Positions 9,036 through 18,311 are shown, counted from the first letter of the stretch. The stretch is 49,729 nucleotides of DNA from an uncultured Sediminibacterium sp. (GCA_964486665.1 CAZAOF010000001.1:1-49729); one strand, 5' to 3'. A program made the numbers and translations. The notes: a model not told the origin generated them from the sequence alone.

Positions 9036-9464
9036 ATGCTTTATAAAATCTTAACCGTAGCTGGTCTTGCCACTTTCGAAATTTATGCTGCGATACCTAC
9101 TGGTTTTGCATTTGGACTCTCCCCTTTTATTATTTTTTTTGCAAGTTTAGTAGGTGGCTTATTAGGTGTGTTTGTTGCAGCCTATTTAGGTGATAAGATA
9201 AAATTCTTTGTAAGCAAATTTAGAAAAGCTAAGGTAGCAAAGCCAAAAGCAGAGCCTGGATTTGTTCTAAAAATATGGGAAAAATATGGCGTAGTTGGAC
9301 TTGGATTATTAGGTACGATGACTGTTGGAGCACCTATTAGTATTGGCATTGGTGTTGGGTTTAATGTACCCACTAACAAAATGGTCTTTTGGTGTAGCTT
9401 AGGAGTTTTACTTAGATGTGCTTTGTTTACTGCATTAGGGCATTTTAGCCTTCAACTATTTTAA
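9036..9464 (+). CDS. Small multidrug export family (COG2426-like) membrane protein
   Basis: EIYAAIPTG motif, KYGVVGLGLL, four hydrophobic segments. Confidence 0.7.
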   Translation: MLYKILTVAGLATFEIYAAIPTGFAFGLSPFIIFFASLVGGLLGVFVAAYLGDKIKFFVSKFRKAKVAKPKAEPGFVLKIWEKYGVVGLGLLGTMTVGAPISIGIGVGFNVPTNKMVFWCSLGVLLRCALFTALGHFSLQLF

Positions 9465-9478
9465 TTTATCTTTAACGC

Positions 9479-10033
9479 ATGCAAGTAGCCGTTTTACGTA
9501 TTTTCAGGAAAGTCCATAGAACAATGGGAGCGTTTTTATTCCTCTTTTTTTTTATTGTTGCTATTACAGGACTGTTACTTGGCTGGAAAAAAAATAGCAA
9601 CGGTTGGATTTTACCAGCATCAGCAAAAGGAAAATCTACTCAACTTGAAACTTGGAAGCCAGTTAACGAATTACTTCATACAGCTGACAGTATTTTACTA
9701 CATGATGTCGATGCTAGTTTGTCTACCAAGATAGACCGTATTGATATCCGAAAAGATAAAGGAATCGTAAAGTTCATTTATACCGACCATTACTGGGAAA
9801 TTCAATTAGATGGTCAAACCGGAGAAGCACTACAAATCAATCAAAGAAAATCAGATTTTATAGAAGATATACACGATGGGTCATACCTTGATTTTTATTT
9901 TAAAACAAAGGGAGAGCCGATCAAGCTTGTCTACACATTAATAATGGGCTTAGCATTACTTATTTTTACCATCACGGGTTTTTGGCTTTGGTATGGACCA
10001 AAATTAATAAGAAACAAAAACCGTAAAAAGTAA
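9479..10033 (+). CDS. PepSY-associated TM helix domain protein
   Basis: RKVHR...ITGLLL at N-terminus, PepSY-like LDGQTGE, DIHDG, ITGFWLW. Confidence 0.85.
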   Translation: MQVAVLRIFRKVHRTMGAFLFLFFFIVAITGLLLGWKKNSNGWILPASAKGKSTQLETWKPVNELLHTADSILLHDVDASLSTKIDRIDIRKDKGIVKFIYTDHYWEIQLDGQTGEALQINQRKSDFIEDIHDGSYLDFYFKTKGEPIKLVYTLIMGLALLIFTITGFWLWYGPKLIRNKNRKK

Positions 10034-10040
10034 AATTTAA

Positions 10041-11747
10041 CTACCAGAACTTAATATAGAGGGCAATAACTACGCCTAGTACTAATATTACCATTGCCAT
10101 ATGTGCATTGGATAATTTAAATTGACCTTTGTCCTCGGTAATTTCATTTTCATGCTTTTGTCCTTTTACGTCCAGCAAACTAATGATGATAATGGCTAAT
10201 GTGGTGAAACAAAATACCCAACCCATTTGAATTAAATAAGGAATTTCGAAACTACCAGAAGCTGTTTGATACGCAGTATAAATTAGGGTTTCGTTCCCCA
10301 TCAATCCTGGTAAAAATTTATCAAATAAAACAGAAAGTACTACACCTAAAAAGATACCCGTAATGGCTGCTTTTGAAGTCGCTTTTTTCCAGAAGAATCC
10401 AAGAAGGAAAACTGGGAATATAGCTGGAGAAATATAACCAGTATATTTTTGGATAAACTCAAAACCACCCTTACCTCCAATTCCTAAAGTATCTTTCCAG
10501 TTAATCACTATAGCAATCAATAAAGAAAGAATAATAATCACCCTGCCCATGGTTACAATCTTCGTATCACTAGCGTCTTTGTTGATATATTTTTTATAAA
10601 TGTCTAATGAATAAATAGTGGAAATGCTATTTGCCTTACCAGCCAATGAAGCTACAATAGCAGCAGTCAAAGCAGCCATAGACAAGCCTTTAAGCCCAAC
10701 AGGTAAAAATCCAACCACCGACGAATACGCATTGTCTTGATTTAATACCCCATTGGTCATCATTTCTGTTTGCAATCCTCCATTTTGATATAATACATAA
10801 GCAGCAATTCCAGGAACCACTACCAATATAGGCATCATCAATTTTAAAAATGCAGCAAATAAAATACCTGTTCTTGCTGTTTTTAAATCTGCCCCCAATG
10901 CTCTTTGTGTAATGTATTGATTACAACCCCAGTAATTTAAATGTGCTACCCAAATACCTGCCACCATCATTGCCATACCCGGTAAACTTGAATAATCTTC
11001 TATTTCTTTTTGTGTAGAGCCAGGACCAGGCTTGTCAAAAATCATTTTAAAGTGATCCGGCGCTGCTTGCATTAAATGCTTAAATCCTGCTATCATATCT
11101 TTACCCATACCAAATTGTTCACTTACTACTGTTAAAGCAATATAAGAAGTGATCAATCCGCCTACAGTTAAAATCAATACCTGAAAAACATCTGTATACC
11201 CAATCACTTTCATACCACCAAGGGTAATAAACAATGCAAAAACCGCTAGACCAATCATGATTAAATGAAAATGAGTACCGCCTGTTAAATTATTTATCGC
11301 AATGGCACCTAAATATAAAATGGAAGTTAGATTCACAAAAATGTATAGGAATAACCAAAAGATGGCCATAATCATAGCCACCGTTTCATTGTACCTAGTT
11401 TTTAAAAACTGAGGCATCGTGTAAATACGATTTTTTAAATAGACTGGCATAAAGAAAATCGCTACAACGACTAAGGAAACTGCTGCTAGCCATTCATAAA
11501 CAGAAATGGCAAGACCAAGTCTAAAACCATTCCCACTCATGCCTATAAATTGTTCTGCAGATATATTAGAAGCGATTAAACTTGCGCCTATTGCCCACCA
11601 TGTTAATTGTCCTTCTGCTAAAAAGAAGTCTTTGGTATTGGTGGTCGCTTCTTTCTTTTTTCTATAGATCCATATCCCGTATGAGGAGATTAAAATAAAA
11701 TACAGTACAAATACAATGTAGTCATAGGTTTGCAATCCTTGGTTCAT
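10041..11747 (-). CDS. Sodium:solute (sugar) symporter, SSS/vSGLT-like
   Basis: FFLA...WWAIGASLIASNISAEQFIGMSG, NQYITQRAL and LTAAIVASL motifs. Confidence 0.92.
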   Translation of the reverse strand: MNQGLQTYDYIVFVLYFILISSYGIWIYRKKKEATTNTKDFFLAEGQLTWWAIGASLIASNISAEQFIGMSGNGFRLGLAISVYEWLAAVSLVVVAIFFMPVYLKNRIYTMPQFLKTRYNETVAMIMAIFWLFLYIFVNLTSILYLGAIAINNLTGGTHFHLIMIGLAVFALFITLGGMKVIGYTDVFQVLILTVGGLITSYIALTVVSEQFGMGKDMIAGFKHLMQAAPDHFKMIFDKPGPGSTQKEIEDYSSLPGMAMMVAGIWVAHLNYWGCNQYITQRALGADLKTARTGILFAAFLKLMMPILVVVPGIAAYVLYQNGGLQTEMMTNGVLNQDNAYSSVVGFLPVGLKGLSMAALTAAIVASLAGKANSISTIYSLDIYKKYINKDASDTKIVTMGRVIIILSLLIAIVINWKDTLGIGGKGGFEFIQKYTGYISPAIFPVFLLGFFWKKATSKAAITGIFLGVVLSVLFDKFLPGLMGNETLIYTAYQTASGSFEIPYLIQMGWVFCFTTLAIIIISLLDVKGQKHENEITEDKGQFKLSNAHMAMVILVLGVVIALYIKFW

Positions 11748-11812
11748 AAAACTTTGTTTAGTCAACTAAAATTAAGGTTTATCTATTATATTTAAATATA
11801 ATTCAAAAGAAG

Positions 11813-12298
11813 ATGAACCCAAATTTTAACCAATTCAGCAAACTCATAAGTAATCCAATCAAATTTAGATTCTTTTTATTTCAGCAATTACCTGCGGCTT
11901 TTTTTGCTGGATTAAGAATAGCTCGGTTTGATGCTGAAAGTTGTACCGTTAAAATCAGGTACAGTTGGTTTAGTAAAAATCCCTTTAAGTCGATTTATTT
12001 TGCTGTAGAAGCCATGGCGGCCGAAATGTGTTCTGGGATGTTAGCCTTTGGCCAGGTGTATAAACGCAATCCTAAGATTAGTATGTTGGTCGTAAAGATG
12101 GAAGTCAATTTTATTAAAAAAGCTACAGGAACTGTTTTATTTTCTTGTGAAGATGGTGCTGCGATTCAAGCTGCTATCGATAAAGCTATTCAAACTGGAG
12201 AAGGCCAAACTATCGTGTGCTTGTCTAAAGGAAAAAACTCCGCGAACGAAACCGTTGCGGAGTTTTTTATCACTTGGAGCTTTAAAGCTAAAAGTTAA
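11813..12298 (+). CDS. DUF4442 hotdog-fold thioesterase-like protein
   Basis: KNPFKSIYFAVEAMAAE, FIKKATG and FITWSFK pattern. Confidence 0.75.
   Translation: MNPNFNQFSKLISNPIKFRFFLFQQLPAAFFAGLRIARFDAESCTVKIRYSWFSKNPFKSIYFAVEAMAAEMCSGMLAFGQVYKRNPKISMLVVKMEVNFIKKATGTVLFSCEDGAAIQAAIDKAIQTGEGQTIVCLSKGKNSANETVAEFFITWSFKAKS
12232..12268 (-). terminator. Terminator-like hairpin for the TBDR-hmuY operon, inside the DUF4442 CDS
   Basis: AAAAAACTCCGC(G)AACG-AAAC-CGTTGCGGAGTTTTTT, about 26 nt past the hmuY stop. Confidence 0.6.
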
Positions 12299-12942
12299 AA
12301 TGTTTTTGAACCGTTTGGCTGATAGCTGTATCTAAATGTATAATAACGCTGCTTTGTTAATTTATCTGAATCAGATGCGGTTGAAGGTAATGTCACCCCA
12401 CCTTTGTAATAATTAATGATTTCAATTTTTGCAAATTTTCCAGTTGCAGTTCTAATCACTAACACACGACCAGCAATTGGACTTACCAAAGTAGTTAATC
12501 CATCGTAAGTATACCAGCCTCTATTGCTACCCCAAGGAATTGCAAATGAAGATGCGTTGGCATTATCTGTTGCAAATGATGAATCTGCAGGAATAGTTTT
12601 TAAATCATCAAATAAACCCTTGAAAACAAAAGCACCGCCTAATCCTGGGCCACTTGTTCCACTGTTTACTAAAATTTTAGTAGACGTAAATGCCACATCC
12701 CACTTAGTAGTTGCAGCATCTGAAGAAGCTACAATTTTATTATCTACTAAGCTATAATAAGTAGTTGTGCCAGCACTCTGTGGCCTTCCATCTAAACCAA
12801 TACCAGTTACAGTATCTGCAGCTAAGTCTTTCACTGTGATTGCAGCAACAGGAACCACTACTGTATCATTCTCTTTTGAGCAAGCAACTAATAATACACT
12901 TACTCCTAACACCATTGCAATTTTTGTGATCATTTTTTTCAT
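12295..12942 (-). CDS. hmuY: HmuY family lipoprotein
   Basis: Lipobox LVAC; WDVAF, NSGTSG, GWYTYD, VIRTATGKFAKIEIINYY and YTFRY motifs; directly downstream of a TBDR. Confidence 0.85.
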   Translation of the reverse strand: MKKMITKIAMVLGVSVLLVACSKENDTVVVPVAAITVKDLAADTVTGIGLDGRPQSAGTTTYYSLVDNKIVASSDAATTKWDVAFTSTKILVNSGTSGPGLGGAFVFKGLFDDLKTIPADSSFATDNANASSFAIPWGSNRGWYTYDGLTTLVSPIAGRVLVIRTATGKFAKIEIINYYKGGVTLPSTASDSDKLTKQRYYTFRYSYQPNGSKTF

Positions 12943-12945
12943 GAT

Positions 12946-15048
12946 TTATTTGTTTTTATTATTCTGTAATTGATATTTAATACTTGTATAAAATGTTCTT
13001 CCAGGTAAATTAGGAAGATTCGCCGCATCAACATAATCACCAATATTATCTACACCCAACTGAATAGACAAGCCGTTCTTGAACGTTTTGCCAGTAGCAC
13101 TGTTGAAGGCAACATAGCCACTAGCAAAAACATCGCCATCGTCAAAAACTTCGTTGCCATTATTATTATTAACGGCCCAACGACTCCTGTAAATGGCTCT
13201 TGCGTTCAAGTAATAACCCTTGGGGGAATTATAATTTATTTTAAATTGTAGTTTATGTTTACTTGTATTCGGCAGTCCAACATATTCGTTTAGTCTGAGC
13301 AGTCGGCTATAGCCTTGGCTATTTTTGGTATAAACAGTGCCCGACTTTATTTCTGCAATTTGGTCTTTATCTCCTGTTACTAAATATTGATAGCCTCCGC
13401 TTATTGTCCAATTTGCATTTAGCTTATGTTGTCCTTCTAATTCTAGTCCTGTAGTAAAAGCCCTTCCTATATTTAAGTAACTAAATATTTGTGCGCCAGA
13501 AATATAAGTGCCGACCTGTTGTGACTCAATTAAATTTTTAATGTCATTTCTAAATAATTGAACAGATACATTTGATTGATTGTTGATTTTCCAATCCCAT
13601 GTAAAATGAATGCCATTTGAATACTCAGGCTTAAGTGCTTTTAATAAGTAGTAATTGGGAAATAAATTACCTATTTGCCCAAGCGCATCCAACTTGGCAA
13701 TCACTTGCTGTGCTTGTGCAGAACCAAATACACTATAACTTCCTGCAGCAGCATTGGTAAAATCTAAAAACAACTGTCTAAAATCTGGCGCCTTAAAGCC
13801 CTGACCAACACTTAGTTTAAACTGGTGCTGTGTATTTAACTTATACAACATGGATAGTTTTGGACTATAAGCAGATGCAAACTGAGAATTACGATCAAAT
13901 CTTACACCGCCAATGAATGTAAATTTTTCTGAAGGTTTCCACTCCCACTGTGTAAAAGCATATTGAATGTCATTTTCCTTTCTAAGTTTTTCACTATCAT
14001 AACGACTACTTTTTACCCCTTCCCAAACAGCACCAATACCAAATACAGCTTGTATAGATTTGCTGACATCCCAGTCTGTTTGATTTTCGATTCTTTTAAA
14101 ATTATGATTCAACACATCTCTATAAGGCAACCCATTAATCGTTAATAAATTTTGAACTGCATCATAAGTGGTATTATACGCCCTCATACTAGTTTTTACT
14201 TTGTCCGAAAAACGATGATTTAGCGTAGTAGACAAATTAAGGTCTTTGATATTTTCTTTTCCTATCGAATAAATCGTAACGCCATTATTGGCAACTGCAA
14301 TTTCATTTTGAATATACTCTTGTGTAAAACGACTATTAAAAACCAAATTTGTTTTAGCGCTAATGGTCCACTTTATCTGTTGAGTCGTTGTATACCTATC
14401 TATAGGAGTGGTCACGCGACTATTGCTGTTAGGGCGAATACTGAATCCGTCGGTATTATATGTATTATAAAATCCCTGGTATTGTACTTTTTTAAAATTC
14501 AGTTTAGTTTCCACACTGGCATCCATTGTATTGTAAGTGCCATACCTGATTCCTACACTCAATGGCGTGCCACCATTTGCGTCTGTGATAATATTTATGA
14601 CACCAGCCATTGCTTCACTACCATACAAACTAGAGGAAGGCCCTTTTACAATTTCTATCTTTTTAATATTACCTAACGCAATTCTATTGAGGTCTAACAC
14701 ACCCGCAGTCCTACCTACTAAAGGCTCCCCATTGATTAGTATGATCGTATAGTCGGGATTAAGTCCTTGCAATTGGACCCCAGCACCAAAACCACTTGTT
14801 AAATTTAAACCCGTTTGTTCCCTCAATATATCCCCTAAACGTAGGGAACCATTTTGTTGAATTGTTTTGGCATTGATAATGGTAACGGGAACAGTCAAAT
14901 TACTCAATTTCCTTTCTGTTCTTGTAGCAGTAACAACTACACTATCCCCATTCACATCCATTGTATCTTTAATAACACGCAGTTGAGCCGCCAAATGATT
15001 GGTGACCAAAATGGACAAAACAGCTATTAAGAAAAGGGCTTTTTTCAT
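12946..15048 (-). CDS. TonB-dependent receptor (HmuR/CirA-like)
   Basis: VVVTATRT, plug IEIVKGPSSSLYGSEAMAGVINII, GFKAP; co-transcribed with hmuY. Confidence 0.9.
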   Translation of the reverse strand: MKKALFLIAVLSILVTNHLAAQLRVIKDTMDVNGDSVVVTATRTERKLSNLTVPVTIINAKTIQQNGSLRLGDILREQTGLNLTSGFGAGVQLQGLNPDYTIILINGEPLVGRTAGVLDLNRIALGNIKKIEIVKGPSSSLYGSEAMAGVINIITDANGGTPLSVGIRYGTYNTMDASVETKLNFKKVQYQGFYNTYNTDGFSIRPNSNSRVTTPIDRYTTTQQIKWTISAKTNLVFNSRFTQEYIQNEIAVANNGVTIYSIGKENIKDLNLSTTLNHRFSDKVKTSMRAYNTTYDAVQNLLTINGLPYRDVLNHNFKRIENQTDWDVSKSIQAVFGIGAVWEGVKSSRYDSEKLRKENDIQYAFTQWEWKPSEKFTFIGGVRFDRNSQFASAYSPKLSMLYKLNTQHQFKLSVGQGFKAPDFRQLFLDFTNAAAGSYSVFGSAQAQQVIAKLDALGQIGNLFPNYYLLKALKPEYSNGIHFTWDWKINNQSNVSVQLFRNDIKNLIESQQVGTYISGAQIFSYLNIGRAFTTGLELEGQHKLNANWTISGGYQYLVTGDKDQIAEIKSGTVYTKNSQGYSRLLRLNEYVGLPNTSKHKLQFKINYNSPKGYYLNARAIYRSRWAVNNNNGNEVFDDGDVFASGYVAFNSATGKTFKNGLSIQLGVDNIGDYVDAANLPNLPGRTFYTSIKYQLQNNKNK

Positions 15049-15195
15049 TTGAAATGCAAAGGTGCCGTTATCTTATAGATATTTTCTTTTCGGAGAAGCA
15101 TTAATAGGGTTAGTAGGATGTTTTTTTACACTTTCATGACATTCAAAAAATGTGAAAAAAAATTACATGATTTTGATCATTTTTTGAAAGCAAAA

Positions 15196-15225
15196 TGACC
15201 TATTTTTTAAACAAAAAATAGGTCA
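15196..15225 (-). terminator. Hairpin, probable terminator of the 15255 gene
   Basis: 13-bp inverted repeat TGACCTATTTTTT/AAAAAATAGGTCA, followed by TTTT on the minus strand. Confidence 0.55.
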
Positions 15226-15254
15226 AAATTAGCTTAAGCAGTATTCTACAATTT

Positions 15255-16652
15255 TTATTGAATAAGCTTTTGTACGGCACTTACTTCTGTTGGAACGATA
15301 AAGTATTCAAAGTATCTTTTATCGTCTTCTTTTCTAGCGCTCCCTATTAGGATACTTTCGCCTTGTGTTATGAATATATATTTATCGTTAACCGCATTAA
15401 TAATATCACTTCTGACTTTTTTCTGTAAACCAATATTCTTATCCTTGATTCCTAGTACATGGTTAATCGCATTGATTTCGACATGCTGGTTCGCTTCGTG
15501 TGCTTTCAATAATAACTGGATCAAACTTGTTTCTATTTCGGTAAAAGCTTGATTCATAGATTTAGTCTTAAGCACTTTAAGCTGTGCTTTTTCTATTTTA
15601 TTTTTGATACGTCGATTAATAATCCAGGCAAACAAGACGACTACTAAAATGGCTAAAAATATGGCTAATCCAATGAACCAATTCGTATAGTCAGCTCCCC
15701 AAATAGGAAAAGCCAATTCCTGAAAATCTGCTAGGTTAAAATCCCAGGTTTTAAATACTTGGCCACTTGATTGATATTTATAAAATTTTCCTTGGTAATA
15801 AAAGATAGTCATGTCCCCGCCATTTCTTATAAAAAACTGATTAAAGTCTGCTTTTTTTGACTTGTACACCTTGTTTTGGATATAATCAAAAAAGTACGCT
15901 TCGTCATTGATGACAAAAATTCTGCCATTCTCGTGTGGATAATGGATATAATTGTTTCTTTGGTCAACTAGCTTGATGAGCTCTTTTGACATTTTGCCCA
16001 GCTTAATCCAATCGTATGTTTTTAGATCTAAATAATAACTTGTGTAAACAAAGATCCCTTTTTTATTTTCTGGGCCTTTAAGCCATACTTTTTCTATTTT
16101 TTGAAAAGGCGCATATAATCTTCCTTGTTTTTGGGAAAACCATTCATAGTCAGAAGGCACGACTTCTATATTCGTTGGCTGAATATCCCATTCCAAATCT
16201 GCTGTATTGAACTTTCTGAGATGGCCATTTTTATGCCAAAAACCATACCCACCATAATTGTATATCTGGTCTTCATATATGAAACTGACACAATTTATAT
16301 TATAATTAATATTAATAGTATTGTCAATCCTTTTAAAAACCACCGAATCTAGGTTGGGTTTCGACATTAGAAAAATGAACCCAGTTTGTTGGAGCATAAT
16401 GTAGATCTTGCCATTGTGCTTAATTAATTCTTGTCCATTTGGCGCAAAACTAGTGCCTCCTAAGGGTAAAATTCTTGCACTTAAGCCCAAATTGATAGTA
16501 CCATTATAGTCGTTTAAACTTTCAATTTTTTGCAATAAAGGGCTAAAAGGGACCGTATATTGCCTTTCGCAGTTAACAAATTGAGCCTTTACTGTAGAAA
16601 AAAATAGAATTACTGCTAAAAAAGGAAGTAATTTTAAATTTATATAACGCAT
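15255..16652 (-). CDS. Membrane-anchored protein with Kelch-like periplasmic region and C-terminal putative winged-helix domain (candidate one-component sensor)
   Basis: Signal peptide; IYNYGGYGFW Kelch-like blade; TM WFIGLAIFLAILVVVLFAW; FTEIE...DDKRYFEY cytoplasmic tail. Confidence 0.6.
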   Translation of the reverse strand: MRYINLKLLPFLAVILFFSTVKAQFVNCERQYTVPFSPLLQKIESLNDYNGTINLGLSARILPLGGTSFAPNGQELIKHNGKIYIMLQQTGFIFLMSKPNLDSVVFKRIDNTININYNINCVSFIYEDQIYNYGGYGFWHKNGHLRKFNTADLEWDIQPTNIEVVPSDYEWFSQKQGRLYAPFQKIEKVWLKGPENKKGIFVYTSYYLDLKTYDWIKLGKMSKELIKLVDQRNNYIHYPHENGRIFVINDEAYFFDYIQNKVYKSKKADFNQFFIRNGGDMTIFYYQGKFYKYQSSGQVFKTWDFNLADFQELAFPIWGADYTNWFIGLAIFLAILVVVLFAWIINRRIKNKIEKAQLKVLKTKSMNQAFTEIETSLIQLLLKAHEANQHVEINAINHVLGIKDKNIGLQKKVRSDIINAVNDKYIFITQGESILIGSARKEDDKRYFEYFIVPTEVSAVQKLIQ

Positions 16653-16789
16653 TGATTTTCAATTATTAAATAGGTAAGTAACGCATTATATTATGATTAA
16701 TGCTATATAAAAATAAGAAATAACCTATTACCTCACCAATTTATTTACACAGTTTGAATCATACAAATAAAATTAACCGAATTTAGCCT

Positions 16790-16850
16790 CAGCTTTTGGG
16801 GGAAAGCTATGGATTTTACAAGGGAGCTAGGCAACTAGCTCCCTTTTTTA
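16790..16850 (+). ncRNA. Candidate small RNA (G-run hairpin + GNRA terminator)
   Basis: AGCTTT-TGGGGG-AAAGCT hairpin, then AAGGGAGCTAG-GCAA-CTAGCTCCCTT plus T-tract on the plus strand, where no gene lies. Confidence 0.4.
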
Positions 16851-16873
16851 TTTTATGCCCCCGTGCGTGGTTG

Positions 16874-18082
16874 TTAAAAATTGATTTGGGCTTGGATCCT
16901 CAACAAGGAACCTTTTTGCAAGTTGTCTTGAGCCTTAAAGTCCTCAAATCTTCTTGACGAAATAGTGTACATCGTGACCAACTCGAAGTTTTTATTGGGT
17001 TGCCATTCAATACCAATTTCAAATTCATTCACTTCGTACGATCTTGCATCTAACTCATGCTTTTTTCCCCCTTTATAATATTGAAACCTTGTAAATGGAA
17101 TAAATACCTGCTTTTGAATATTTGTCTTAAAAGACGTGGTGATATAACCCCCATGTAAAGACTTTGTCTCTATAGAATCGGTTAATTTATTAAACTCCGG
17201 CCCCTTTCCTACATTATACTCCGCCTGGATTCCAAATGGTTTAGGATATAAAATAAAGGAAGCAGCAGCTCTGGCATCTTCATAAGACCTGTCTTTTTTG
17301 TATTTAACACCGGCACTTAATTGGTCAGTCCCCATTACATACTTGCCAGTATAGCCTTGTATTCCTGGTTCAATAATTTGATCTCCAAGGCGAATTGGAT
17401 AGCTTATTCTCATAACTGTATGTAAGCTATTATTGGCTTCTGGTTTATTTGCCGTCTGTCCATTATATACCCCAAAGGCAAAAACACCGTAATCCCCAGA
17501 CCCTTTTAACCCTTCACTTATCAAGCTAGCGTATAATTTTCGAACTCGAGTTGGAGCCCAATAAAAGTTCACACCAAGATCTCTTTCATTGGCTACTGCA
17601 CTATTCAATGCATCGTTTCTGTCAAGAGGAAGCCTGTTTTGACTAGACTGCATATTTTCAAAACCAAATGGCACTTTACTTTGACCCACTCTAAGCCTAA
17701 AAGTATTGTCTGCAGTTAGCCCCAAGTCCATATAGGCATCTCTAATTTGTGCAAAATGATTCGCAGTTGAGGAGGCGCTACTAGCAAAATCGGGCTGAAA
17801 ATATAGATATACCCTGTCACTAATTTGGCCACTAAATATCAATCTAGCTCTGCGAATAAAGAATCCTCCATTTTCTCCCCAGCTTTTGTCGCATTGGTCA
17901 CATTTTAATAGAGGATTGGTTTCTAATAAGCGGTTGTAACGAACCTGAGTGTAACCTCTTAATTGTAGTGATTCAAACCAGGGTTTGTTAACTGGCTTGG
18001 TTTGTGCCGCAATAGGAGTGTTACCAGAAAGCGTCCACAGAATAGCCAAAATGGTAAAGGCTTGAATTACGTTAGATTTCAT
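16874..18082 (-). CDS. Phosphate-selective porin (OprO/OprP family)
   Basis: FFIRRARL, IRDAY, RVGQSKVPFGFEN motifs; C-terminal Phe; divergent from the PiT operon. Confidence 0.8.
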   Translation of the reverse strand: MKSNVIQAFTILAILWTLSGNTPIAAQTKPVNKPWFESLQLRGYTQVRYNRLLETNPLLKCDQCDKSWGENGGFFIRRARLIFSGQISDRVYLYFQPDFASSASSTANHFAQIRDAYMDLGLTADNTFRLRVGQSKVPFGFENMQSSQNRLPLDRNDALNSAVANERDLGVNFYWAPTRVRKLYASLISEGLKGSGDYGVFAFGVYNGQTANKPEANNSLHTVMRISYPIRLGDQIIEPGIQGYTGKYVMGTDQLSAGVKYKKDRSYEDARAAASFILYPKPFGIQAEYNVGKGPEFNKLTDSIETKSLHGGYITTSFKTNIQKQVFIPFTRFQYYKGGKKHELDARSYEVNEFEIGIEWQPNKNFELVTMYTISSRRFEDFKAQDNLQKGSLLRIQAQINF

Positions 18083-18125
18083 TATTAAGGGATTAAATAA
18101 GGCAAAAGCAAAGCTTAGAATCTAA

Positions 18126-18169
18126 TGTTACCAAATTGTTACCCATATATTACCAAATTGTTACCAAAT
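18126..18169 (-). promoter_or_regulatory. Pho-box-like array: four 11-bp direct repeats upstream of the porin
   Basis: TGTTACCAAAT, TGTTACCCATA, TATTACCAAAT, TGTTACCAAAT at 18126, 18137, 18148 and 18159. Confidence 0.7.
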
Positions 18170-18226
18170 CGATATTTAAGGTTCGTTTTATGTATAATTA
18201 ATTGATTATCAGTTTATTTTATTGAA

Positions 18227-18255
18227 TTAACAATTTGATAATATGGAAGGTATCA
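18227..18255 (+). promoter_or_regulatory. Inverted Pho-box-like site upstream of DUF47-PiT
   Basis: TTAACAATTTGATAATAT matches the minus-strand array sequence GTAACAATTTGGTAATAT at 16 of 18 positions. Confidence 0.55.
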
Positions 18256-18311
18256 TATATAGCCAAAAAATTTGGAGGTTTGCCTTCTACAAATCAATAA
18301 AATCAAGCATT

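Noticed and set aside
15151..15167. TGTGA-N7-TTACA resembling a CRP site
   Set aside because: Spacer is 7 rather than 6 nt and lies in a poly-A tract
15049..15254. Possible cobalamin or TPP riboswitch upstream of the TBDR
   Set aside because: No B12-box or TPP core recognised, and a -7-like element (CACCTTTG) sits only about 8 nt from the ATG, leaving no room for a leader
18126..18169. Direct repeats considered as a CRISPR or iteron array
   Set aside because: Contiguous 11-bp units with no spacers and no cas or rep gene; the phosphate-gene context fits a regulator site
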